Shown: one piece after another, positions 13,210 to 24,593 of the stretch | How positions within the stretch are numbered: the first letter of the stretch is position 1 | Layout of the letters: each line of letters opens with the position of its first letter | NCBI GenBank assembly: GCA_964016885.1 | Contig: OZ024740.1 | Location: 74,586,001 to 74,650,000 of the forward strand | Direction of reading: 5' to 3' | DNA from: Eledone cirrhosa | Lineage: Eukaryota | DNA: 64,000 nucleotides | The notes under the pieces: generated by a model | Seen by the model: only the letters and a program-made list of their open reading frames with translations | Databases searched by the model: none | Told to the model about the DNA's origin: nothing | Position numbers and translations under genes: made by a program

Positions 13210-14980
13210 ATCATCCAACAAGAAGTTTCTAGCTAAAAGTAAGCTTCTATATCTAGCTTTTGTTGATCTAAAGAAAGCCTTTGGCAGAGTACCCCAATCT
13301 GTCATCTGGTGGTCCTTAAGGAAACTAGGTGTAAATAAGTGGCTTGTGAGATCAGTGTGAGCCATGTACAGAAGAGCTGTCTATAATGGAAGTGAGTTTA
13401 GTCCAGAATTCAGTACTTCAGAGCTTGGTCTTCAGCTCACTTCTGTTTATTATAATCCTTCAGACCATAACAGGATTATCCAAGGGAACTTCTGTATGCT
13501 GATGAGATGGCCTTCATAGCTGAATCTGTGGAAGAACTAGAGAATAAATTCCAACAGTGCAAACAGAACTTAGAATTAAAAGGACTAAGAGTAAACTTAG
13601 CAAAAAGTAAAGTGTTAATATGTAGGAAATTAGACAAGGCCCTGATCCCATCAGGGAAGTGGCTGTGCTTGAAAAGAGGTAGGTAAAAACTATATATGAT
13701 AAAAATAAGCCACTATACTTAGCCTTTGTTGACCTAGAGAAGGCCTTTGATAGGGTACCCCGATCTGTCATCTGGTGGTCCCTAAGGAAACTAGGTGTTG
13801 AGGAATGGCTTGTGAAGACAGTGCAAACTTTGTACAGAGATACTGTCAGTAAAGTCAGGGTAAGAATGGAGTTTAGTGAGGAATTCCAGATACAAGTAGG
13901 AGTACATCAAGGTTCGGTCCTCAGCCCGCTCTTGTTCATTAGAGTCCTCCAAGCCATAACAGAGGAGTTTAAGACTGGCTGTCCATGGGAACTTCTCTAT
14001 GCTGATGATCTGGTTCTTATAGCAGAATCAGTAGAGGAGCTAGAGAATAAATTCTGGCTATGGAAACAGCAGTTGGAAGCAAGAGGACTGATAGTGAACC
14101 TAGCTAAGACAAAAGTGTTGATGAGTAGAAAAGAGGACAAAACTCTGATTCTGTCAGGGAAATGGCCATGTTCGATATGCAGAAAAGGAACTGGCATAAA
14201 TTCTATAAAATGCACACAATGCAGATCCTGGGTACACAAGAGATGTAGCAGGATAGCAGGCAAACTAACAGGTAGGGAGAAATACGTATGCAGTAGATGT
14301 ACAGGGAAATTAGACAGTAGAAGTCGCATTGATAGACACATTTTTCAAATGCAGGCGGGTGCTATAGAAGTGGTGGATAGCTTCCGGTACCTAGGAGATC
14401 AGATTAGCATGAGAGGAGGGTGTTCCGAGGCCAAAGTGTCTAGAATAAGGACGGGTTGGAAGAAGTTTAGCGAGCTGCTTCCTCTGCTGACGAAGAAGGG
14501 TTTCTCCCTGCGTACGAAAGGCCGGTTATATGATGCCTGTGTGATGTGTGAGGAGCACGATGCTGCATGGTAGTGAGACATGGGCAGCAACTGCAGAGGA
14601 TATGCGACAGCTGGAGAGAAATGAGGCAAGCATGCTCCGTTGGATGTGCAATGTCAATGTGCATGAACGGCCCAGCATGAATGTGTTGAGAGAGTAACTG
14701 TGTCTGAGAGGGATAGAATGTAGTGTGCGAGAGAGGAGACTGAGGTGGTGTGGACATGTGATGCGCATGGAGGATGACCGATGGGTGAAGAAATGCCAGG
14801 AAATGCCAGTTGAAGGGAGATGTGGTAGAGAGGTGGTGAGATCAGACCTCAGATTGCTGAAGCTCACGGTGGAGATGACAAAGGACCGTGACAAGTGGAG
14901 AGATGCTGTGCTGAATAAGACCCGTCCCACCCTTGCAAGCAGGGAAAAGCGGACGTATGATGATGATGATGATGATGATA
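13210..14980 (+). mobile_element. RTE LINE fragments (old piece 13210-13690; younger 5'-truncated copy 13705-14980 with (GAT)n tail)
   Basis: ORF 13812-14573 with YADD and Cys finger; C-terminal RRLRWCGHVMRM...DRDKWR; (TGA)n tail at 14957-14979. Confidence 0.9.
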
Positions 14981-15252
14981 ATGCAAGTCTTGGGTACACA
15001 AGAGGTGTAGTGGGATTGCAGGCAGACTAACAGAAAAGGAAGACCTTGTATATAGTAGATGATCAGGGGCAATTCATACATCTAAACTATAATTGTTTCT
15101 ACTTTTGGCACAAGGCCAGCCATTAACCAGTGCATTACTGGTACTTTATTTGATCGACCCCCATAAGGGAAGGAAGGTCTGCGGGACTGCGTACGGTTTA
15201 TTTTTTTTTTATCCCGTTAGTAAAATAAGTTGGATTACTTTGAATAAATAAT

Positions 15253-15441
15253 TGTTTCTACTTTAGGCACAAGGCCAGCAATTACCCAGTGCATTACTGG
15301 TACTTTATTTTATCGACCCCGTAAGGATGAAAGGCAAAGTCAACCTCGGCGGGATTTGAACTCAGATTGTAAAGGGACGTGTACAATGCTCAGGGAAAGC
15401 ATGGCGTCCGACCCTTTACCGATACTGCCAATCCACCGCCA
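15253..15441 (-). mobile_element. Young tRNA-derived SINE (Meta/MESC-type core) with 19-bp TSD
   Basis: B-box-like GAGTTCAAATCC and core GCCTTTCATCCTTACGGGGTCGATAAAATAAAGTACCAG. TSD ATTACTTTGAATAAATAAT at 15234-15252 and 15442-15460. Confidence 0.88.
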
Positions 15442-15699
15442 ATTACTTTGAATAAATAATGAATGAATATTACATAATTTATCTACTAAATTTCGTAAAC
15501 AAAAATAATTTCGTAAAAATATATAATTTAAAATTGACATCTTTTCAAAGTTGCACTTCATGGATTACGTTACTGATTACATAAGACAGTGTAACAATGT
15601 CTTCGTTCAATTTCTGTTTATATTGTCAATTACGATTTTATTTGATTGTATGTATTTTTCTCATGTATATGTGTGTGTGAATGTATTTATATGTTTTTC

Positions 15700-18545
15700 G
15701 ATATATGTATATTCACCTACATTTATATAATATACATCTATTGAGATGAAAGAATGGTATTTAACTAATGTATTGGTACGCGATGGGGCCCACCCACAAC
15801 CCCGGCGGACAGAATGGAGAAGGCGCTTCCCCGGAGGACGGCAAGGGAGACGCGCTGGAAAAGCCACCCCAACTCGTGGGGCTCACACCTATGGCTGGCC
15901 AGCTCAGCGCCTATGGTGGTCAGTAAGGAGGGAGCCCTGGGGCCGAGGACACCAGAAGTCTCCACTGCCAGGGGTACGACCGCAAACCTATCGGTGAGCG
16001 ACCGGTATTTGAGGAGTTTGGACCCCTCAGCCCGACGTGCAGCAGAACCTGGGTCCAGTCGCAGACTACACCAGGTTGCGGCTAAAGAAAGTGTTGGTGC
16101 AAGTCGCATCCCAGACGAGGGGTTTTCCACTGCGGAACGGGAAGATGGTCATGCCATCTAGCCTTTTGCCGTCCCCTCGATCCAGCCCCACCGGAAGGGA
16201 AGGGAAGCCTGCAGCGTCCAAGCCATGTTTAATGACCTCATTGAGGGCAGTATGGCGTGGAATGCGGCCGGCACTGTGGCGACAGGAAAGCGGGTGGAGG
16301 CCGAAAGAGTCCACGGTGGAACCGCAGCGACATTGGTGTGGCTGGCAGATCCGGAGGCCGAGCCTCAGAGAAACGCCGATTCGCAGGCTATGGTTGTCTA
16401 GCTGCATGCCAGTGGAGAAGGAGGGCAGAGCATGGAGCCAGGCACCACTGTGGGGTTTGGAGGCTGCACGAAAACAAGCAAGGTGGTGCTGGTCGAGCTG
16501 GCGCGTGAGCCTGTGTGAGGCCAGGCTGCACTGGATGGCATCCCAAGTGCGTTGAGGGACTTGACGTCAACAGGAGGAGAAGGAGGAGGGACGTCTACTG
16601 GGCTAATTCCCAGCCGGTACCACGTCTCACAGGCGGCCTCACGTTCTCTGAACACAGAGGGTTCTATTGTGTTTTGAAGAACCCTGCTGACGAGGATGCT
16701 GCATGAGGTTACCAATGAAAGATACGCCGGCAAAGCTAGTGAGATCGGGGACCGGAGGCCTAGGCCGCCATACTTGACCGGTAAAGTGGCCTGTTGCCAC
16801 CCTATGTCGTCAAACTTGACGTTGCATATCCCCTCGGCTGCTGCTCGGATACAAGTATCGAGGTCAGCAAGGAGAGATGTCTGGGTGTAGCATGGAGCGC
16901 TGCGGAGTGTATAGAGGAGCTTCGGCATGGCAAAGCAGTTCCTCAGCAGAAAGAGAGCTGGGTGGCCGTCAATCAAGCCCAGTCGGCTCGTGAGAGTCTG
17001 GAGCTGTTGAAGCCTGGACCTGGTGGTGGGGCGGATGGCTGGCGGGTGGATCGGTGACCCGAGGATGAGGACATCCTCTTTGGGGGTCACCTGAACTTGG
17101 CGGAGAATGGACCGCACGTCCAAGACGGAGGCTGCAAAGCTCACAGCATCGAGGCTGACGTTCACCACCTCCGACTTGGCCAAGTTGACCTGGAGGCCGA
17201 TTCCCTCCAAGGCAGGAATCACCAATTGAAGGTCTTGGCAGACCGTCCGTACGGGCCCGCCCAACATAGCATCATCCAGATACCAAACATTGAGAGGGGC
17301 CGTGATACTCCGGGCGATGTGGTCAATACCAAGGGCGAACAGGACAGGTCCCAAAGGGTCGCCCTGTTGGACCCCAGTAGCCGAGAGTATGACCGTATCA
17401 GCAGCTAGGAGCATGCTCGGGGCTCCATATGATAGGTAGGCCAGCCGGTAGGCCAGCCGGTAGGCAGAGGGGGCTCGGCCGAGGCAGGCCTCGAGCAGAT
17501 GATCCCGGCATAAAGAGTTAAAGGCATTCCTCATGTCAAGCTTGACAATGAGGTGCCTGGAGTCACTGGATGCCGGTACCGATGGACAGCTGCTGAAGAA
17601 CTGCCTGATTGCATGAGAGGCTCCCTCACAGCCACCAGACACGCCGACACCCAGTTGCACTGGACTAAACTCCTCACCCAGTTCGTGTGTGACGGACTTG
17701 CGGGGGTATGGGTCTGAGATCAGTGGGTGGCTCAGGGTGTTTGAGCCGCAGAGCAGCCAGGATCTCCTCGGTGGGTTGGAGGACAGTGTCCTCTGAGGCA
17801 ACAACTCTGACTGCGGCCAAGACATCACCCATGATAAGCTTTGCGTTTACCTGGTCACGCAAACGCTTGGCGCTGGCCTCGGGGGTAGAGGATAGGGGGT
17901 ACCTGAGGGTGGGGTGTGTGGCGTGCCTGGGCACACTTGGTATGGGCGCTCGCCCAAATGACGAGACATTGGCCTTGACGAAGGCTGCTGCTGACCGGCC
18001 ACCCCAGTCAGCGCCAGAGCTGGGGAGGCCGAGGGCGAGTGGGGCGAAATAGAACAGCCGCTCCCAGTCACTGGCTCGATTGGAGTCCAGGGCGCTCTCA
18101 ATCAAGGAAGCGAGGGCATCGGCTACCGGCACCCGTGCCGCTCTCGGGATCCTGAGTGGGATCTTCCAGAGCCGCCTGAGCCGAGCGATGTTGACCAGCA
18201 AGGCTCGGGCGTCAGGCAAGCTCGCTGTCCCATCTGGTGGTGTGCCAGACGGCCGTGAAGACGTGGGGGAAGAGGCAGCTCCTGCACCTCCACGCTGCGA
18301 GGGCATTGGAAGCTCGACGGGTCAAGCCAACGCAGGTGAGGTGGTGGAAGGAGCCGCACCCCAAACAGTTCAGGCCCCTCTTCCATTTGTTAGTGGTGCC
18401 GCAAGTGCTGCAGGTGTCGATTTGGAGGGGTGGGGGATGGGCGTGGGGCCGGAGACTGGGGCACCGAGCGGCATCAGGGGTGGGTGGCTGGGGCGTGTGG
18501 TCGGAAGGGAAAGTGCTGGTAACAGGGCAGCATAGCTCACCTATA
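15700..18545 (-). mobile_element. CRE-clade-like non-LTR retrotransposon (PHD finger, RT, CCHC knuckle, restriction-like endonuclease); frameshifted and internally deleted
   Basis: Stitched minus-strand frames give CxxC...CxxCxxxxHxxC...WxCxxC; QLGVG..GGCE, KLDMRNAFN, GVQQGDPLGP, WYLDD, LPVKYGGLGL; CRC..H...C; RH, KRLDG, WDAT, E..K..KY, PLAVETSG. Visibly far more GC-rich than the flanks. Boundaries are approximate. Confidence 0.88.
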
Positions 18546-19579
18546 TATATGGAGGTGCCAGAAAACGAGAGCGAAAAGGCGCTGCATGGAAGTGGAGACA
18601 CAGGAAGGTAGAATGGCAGTAAATGAATGAGTGAATGGATGTACACAAAAAAAGGGGGGAGGGGGAACAAGGGGTTGTTCCCAGTAGAAAGACCCAGAAT
18701 TCAGCACGCACACATGCGAGCAACTGAGCAGTTTGTCAAAGACGATATTCTCAATGGACGCGCTTACAATATTTGAATATAACTGAACCGTCGTGTCATT
18801 TAATTTGAAAAGTGAAGCAAAGTAAAAGGAAAATAGTGAATTTGTGATTTTTTTTTTCTTTTTTTTTTCCCCCAATACCGGACTTACAGTTTTCCAGGAT
18901 TTATACTCAATTTTTTTTTTCCTTCAAAAGGATGGAGGCGTTTTTTCTCCTCATGAACTTAATGATGTTCATCATCTATGGCTTATTCATATGTATTATT
19001 TCATAACTCTATAGAACTATTAGAATGTTTGTGCAGTGTTCTGTGTTCAGCCAGGTTTGTACAACAGGTAAGAAAAATGATGATTTGGTGACGGTTTCTT
19101 CTGATAGGAGCCTCTTCCACGTCGGAAGATCGAAGTGTGTTTTCTTGTCTTCTTCAATACTTTCATAAACAGCTTCGGAGATTTAAAACTTATGTTTCAA
19201 TTGGTGCTTCCATTTCCACACGGTTCTATTGTCTTATTTACAAAAATATATATTTCTATATATTTCTTTATTTATTTCTCTTCTTTTGGTATAATATAGC
19301 GAGTTGTCACCAGTGATGTTTGAAGTTCCTTGGAGTTGGTCAGAGTATCGCTTAAAGCTTTCTTTGTAGCACCTATCCTTTAATTTATCTTTTTCAAAAC
19401 AATTTGATGTATCATATCTACATGTATATATACTTGCGTATAACATCAATATACACACTACACATGCTAGCAGAAAACCACCTGAAGGGTGGTTTTTCTG
19501 GTAGTGTATGTAATTGATGTTCAGGAAAATTGATAGTAAAGATTTTCCCCTACAAACAAAAGATCAGTCGTATGATACT

Positions 19580-20025
19580 TGTCTGTAATGTGCAATGAAT
19601 ACAAAGGATATGCAACAGCTGGACAAAAGTGAATACGGAGGATATAAAATAACTGGACAAAAGGTGGATATCATGCAATGTTAATGTGCATAAGTGACAA
19701 AATATGGAGGAACTGAAAGAGAAACTGGGTATAAGAGGAATCAGATGTGGTGAGCAGGATAGAAGACCATGTTAGTATGGACATGTAATTCACATGAATG
19801 ATGATTGCTGGTTGAAGAAGTGCCAAGAAATCCCAGTGGAAAAAAGTTGCAGTAAAGGAAGACCAAGGAAGATGTTGGTGGAGGTGGTGAGAGGTGATCT
19901 CAAATTGTGGAAGTTCACAGAGGAGATGACAAAGGATTGTGATGAGTGGAGAGATGCTGTGCTGAAAAAGACACATCGATACCCATACAAGCATGGGAAA
20001 GTAGACATAAAATGATGATGATGAT
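19580..20025 (+). mobile_element. Degenerate RTE 3' fragment
   Basis: KKCQEIPVE..GRPRK...WRDAVLKKT; (GAT)n tail. Confidence 0.78.
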
Positions 20026-20532
20026 AGTGATATATGTGTGTGTCAATGCATTTTTATATCAACACCATTATAAGTAAGTGGTTCCATTTGTTTATATCTT
20101 GCATAACAATATATCCCGCAGCTAACCAGCTTCATGAAGATGAAACTTATATACCATATATCATATGGGATGGCATCAGAAATAGCATTGGTCCACAATC
20201 CCTAGGATACTGCCTCAAAAAGTCTTGTGCAACCCATGCCAGCATGGAAAAGTGGATATAAAAACAATGATGATGATATATGTTGATATTCCCTTTTATA
20301 TTCAAAGCTGTCTAAAGAATGGTGTTTCTTAAGCTGTCTCTTTATATCCTGTTTGACAAATAGAGAGTGATGAAATAAGTCCCAGTCTTGAATAAGTACG
20401 GGAGTCAATATGATTAACTAAATGCATGAAGGCAGTGCTCCAGCATGATCAAAGGCCAATAATTGAAACTAGTAAAAGAATAATATAACTCTATTAAATA
20501 ATCAATTGTATACTTTTGAATATTTTAAACTT

Positions 20533-21275
20533 TTCTTCTTCTTTGCCCACTTATTTCTGAGAGGGTCGTGGGAACAAATCCTCAAACACTCCTTCCAGCG
20601 GGTCTCATCAGAAGCAACAGTCTCCTACTGATCCAGCTGGAACCCAAGAATGACCAGCCAAGCTCATGGATGTTATCCATCTTGCTCAGGGTCTACCTCT
20701 GGGTCTCCTGCCAGTTGGTTTTGCCCATAAAATCTGTCCAGCAATTCTTTCCTGAGATATTCTAACCACATGTCCATAGTATCGAAGCTGTGGTCTCTCA
20801 ATTCAAAGAAGTAGTGACTCTGCCTGAAGTGACTCTCTGATCTCCGAGCTATGCACTTTATCAAGTAATATTACTCCAAAGACCCTTCATTTTGGCCGAT
20901 TGTATTCACGATCATATTCTTTTAGACATTACCCAAGATATATGACCATAGGTAAGGGTTGGCACAAAAACTGAATTGAATATAGCAAGTTTGGCTTTTA
21001 TGCCTACCTCCCTTTTTTCTGATTACTGAATGCTGAAGCTGGTGCATTTCTGCACCAGCTTTTGTAATTCTTGCACTTTATTCAGCCTCCTGCCTTCCAT
21101 CACTCGTGAACACAGCCTCGAGATACTTGAACTTCCCTGCCAGCTTCAGTGGAACTCCATTCACATGTAGCGTGCACTGAGCAGGCTTCCTTGAGAAGAC
21201 AAGTGTCCCAGTTTTTGCAGCACTGATTTTCATTCCAGCCATGCAGCACTCGGCATCAAACCTATCAGGAAGAAG
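20533..21275 (-). mobile_element. Rex3/Expander-like RTE fragment; related 3' ends at 785-1090 (-) and 59500-59745 (+)
   Basis: RFDAECCMAGMKISAAKT..VFSRK...FKYL..VFTSDGRQ; (GAA)n-like tail. Confidence 0.75.
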
Positions 21276-21324
21276 TATAACTTCTGGCAATCTTGGTCAA
21301 CATACCACCTCCTTACTCACTGCT

Positions 21325-21445
21325 ACCAGTGTGGAATTGGGCATTCACATGAGTGAGCCCCATGAGTTAGAATGCCTATTTCAATGCATCTCCCTTGTTA
21401 TTTTCCAGGGCAATGCTTTCTCCATTCTATTTGCTGCGGCCATGA
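21325..21445 (+). mobile_element. Degenerate CRE-like 3' fragment
   Basis: EPHELECLFQCISLVIFQGNAFSIL parallels EPHELGWLFQRVSLAVLRGSAFSIL of the large copy. Confidence 0.65.
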
Positions 21446-22584
21446 AGTATCTCGTGCCTGGGATTTTGCATGCCAGAGAGCATTCTCTCACACTGTCTGG
21501 GCTCACATCATTGGGGTAATGATAATTGAGTATTCTTCCTCATATCTTTGTTGTATTTAGACTCACTGTTGTTATTATTATTTACTTTCTTCTGTGATCC
21601 TGAAAGGTTAAGAACACGACCAACTTATTTTATTTAATATAATAGATATTGAGCTTAAAAAACAAATTAATTGAATGAACTCCAATTGTCTTGTAATTAT
21701 TTTTACAACCCGAGTGAGATGAATTGCAAAGTTGGCTCCAAAATGATTTGAACTCAGTACAAAAAGGAAAGAAATCAAATACCACAAGGCATTTAGTCTT
21801 ATACTCAATTATTTCTGTTACTTTAATGCTCTTTCAATAGATAATTAATAGATGATAATGTGCTTAAGAAGTTCACTTTGCAACTTCATAGCTTTAGGTT
21901 TGAGCCCACTGTATGGCACCTCAGGGATGTCTCTTTTTCTAAAGTTTTGGACTGACTAATATCTTGTTTTGGACTGACAAATGAAATTTGGTAGATGGAA
22001 ACTGTATGGAAGTTTGTTGTTTATATACACACACATATATATGTTTCTGAGTGTGTCTTCATATCGTCACTATTAAAGCTAGTGGTGACATTTGTTTATG
22101 TCCCACAGTTCAGTGGAACAAGTACCTTACTTGAAAGACAAGTAAGAGATAGCATCAAAAGGAATGAATACACAGCTGTAGAATACTATCCCAAGAAATT
22201 TCATTCAACCCATGCCAACATGGAAAATGTGGACATTATAACAATGATGATGAATGTTACATGCCAAACAACTTTAGAAAACTTGCATCAGACTACATAT
22301 AAATTTCAGATATAATGGAAGATAACATTAAGATTAATGATAGATATTCTAAGAGTAGAATAAATATGTATGCTTATTTTGGAATTGATAAAAATATCAA
22401 ATATCATTAATAGCTTGAAATAACTAATTCTGTAATAGGCTTTAGCCAACATTGTATATATATAGACAAACACCTTATCTGTATCTACAGTATTTTTATG
22501 CTTTGGGAAGAGAATTTTTAATTTTAGATATATTCACATGCATCTACTGATGTGCCATGAGCAGGCCTGAGCAAAGCCAGTAAC

Positions 22585-22780
22585 AGGCCAAGCCCTCCTA
22601 AAGTTGGGAACAGATCTAGACCAGATGTGAAATGCAGCCCTCTCAAAGTTGTTAATGGGTCTAGACAAGATGTGAAATGTAGCCCACTCAAAGTTGGTAA
22701 TAGGCAATGGCCAGATGTGAAATGCAGACCCTAAAGCTGGTAATAAGCATAGGCTAGATTGAAATGTAGGCCACATTTCA
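22585..22780. repeat. Minisatellite, ~45-bp unit, about 4 copies
   Basis: Recurring AGATGTGAAATG(C/T)AGCCC..TCAAAGTTG.TAAT. Confidence 0.75.
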
Positions 22781-23897
22781 AACTGCTCATTAAGTATTTT
22801 AGTAATCAGTACTAAATGTATGGGTTATGATGTACTTGAGATGGTGAATTGGCAGAGTCATTAGAATGTTGGATAGAATGCTTTGCAATATTCATTCCAG
22901 CTCTGTTCTCTGAGTTCAAATCCTGCCAAAGTCAACTTTGCTTTTCATGCTTTTGAGGTCGATAAAAAAAAGTACCAGTCTAGTACTGGGGTTGATTCTT
23001 CCTCTATATCTCTTTCTTACTTCTTCTCTCTCACTTTCTATCCTTCTCTGGAAGAAATCTGTTGTGTTTAAACCTGGAGAGGGATGGGCTCTGTCAAGCT
23101 TAAAATGTTCAAGAAATACCAATAGTCACTATGGCACCCCTACAATTCCACCAGAAGTTACGGAACCATACCATACCATGATGACACTAGCTAGCTGACA
23201 CAGATTCATTAATAATTCACAGTGGAGTTGTTAGCATTTAAGTGATTCCAATGAACTATAAGAAAATACATTTTTTTTTTACAGTTTGGTCAAGGCAGGA
23301 AGGACAATAACCATGACTTTTTTCAGGAGTCAGAGACAAATGAGAGAGAGAAAGGTATCCTTAAATCAGAGACTTGTTTGAATGCTTACAACAAAATGGA
23401 ACCCAATAAAGACAACAAATGGTCAGAAAAGGTTGTAAAATTTGGAAAAAAATGAAATTTAGTGGGATTTGGAATCAAGAAACTAGAACAAATTCTGCAA
23501 GGTATCTCATCCAATGCTCTATTGATTCTGCCAATCCATCATTCTGGACAGGTACTTTATTATATCGACCCCACAAGGATGAAAGGTAAATTTAATTTCA
23601 ATGGCATTTGAACTTACAGAGAACTGGAAGAAATACTACAAGGAATTTGTAGGAAAATATTGCTGCTACAATAAACAAACTTTTTCACAAATTCCTAAAA
23701 ACCATCGCAACACAGTTCACATAAAGGACAATTAAAAATAAATGGAATATATAAAACAATAAAGTGCTTCATAGTTAAAAGGTAATACACTATGTTTATA
23801 ATTGGTGAAATTATTGTTCAAAAGGTAATAAGTAATATAGAAATATATTTGTAGCCTAGCAGCAGCATTATTTAGTGTTTACTTTTCTGTGCTGGCA

Positions 23898-24220
23898 GGT
23901 GGCTTAGTGGTTAGAGCGTTGGACTCGCAATTGTGAACTCGATTCCTGGACTGGGCGATATATTGTGACCTTGAGCAAGACACTTTATTTCATATTGTTC
24001 CAGTTCATTCATCTGTAGAAATGAGTTGTGACGACACTGGTGCCAAACTGTATCAACCTTTGCCTTTCCTTTGGACAACATCGGTGGCATGATGAGGGGA
24101 AATTGGTATGCATGGTTGACTTCTGGTCTTCCACCAAAACACTTTTCTCAGATTTGTACCACAGAGGAGAACTTTCTAGGTGCAAATCTCATGGCCATTC
24201 AAGATTGAAAGGGGTCTTTA
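23898..24220 (+). mobile_element. tRNA-derived SINE with CORE-like domain
   Basis: A box TGGCTTAGTGG, B-box-like CTCGATTCC, then TGTGACCTTGAGCAAGACACTTT. Confidence 0.7.
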
Positions 24221-24355
24221 CTTCTATGTTGGCTTGAATTGGATGGGTTTACAGGAGCAGTGTTTTATGGCTGGTTTCCTTCCTGTGTCTCTTATGACAT
24301 ACAGGAATATAGTGGACCTATTCTAAAACCAGCTAATGGTTGTAATTTGTCTTAA

Positions 24356-24593
24356 CCCTTTTAATACAAACCTGCCAGAGACTGTCTATATTAAAGTGCT
24401 TGTATTTAAAGTAAAATCTCCATTTAAATCTCATTACAACATAAATGTTAACAAGAGATTTCAGTAGGTCAATAACAGCATAATATAACAAAATATAAAG
24501 TTACAAACTAAAACTTCTACAATATTTTGTTTACATTGAAAATTATTTTAACACATAGGCAGTCTGCTTATTAGAAATATAGTCATGAAAGGG
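24356..24593. mobile_element. piggyBac-type MITE
   Basis: TTAA-CCCTTT ... AAAGGG-TTAA termini. Confidence 0.72.

Noticed and set aside
15168-15200. GGAAGGTCTG resembling the RNase P CR-I motif
   Set aside because: It sits at the broken end of a SINE fragment, and there is no CR-V or P4 partner.
18480-18560. HDV-like ribozyme at the CRE 5' end
   Set aside because: The nested double pseudoknot could not be built by eye.
15746-18611. Many plus-strand ORFs
   Set aside because: They are antisense shadows of the GC-rich CRE element.
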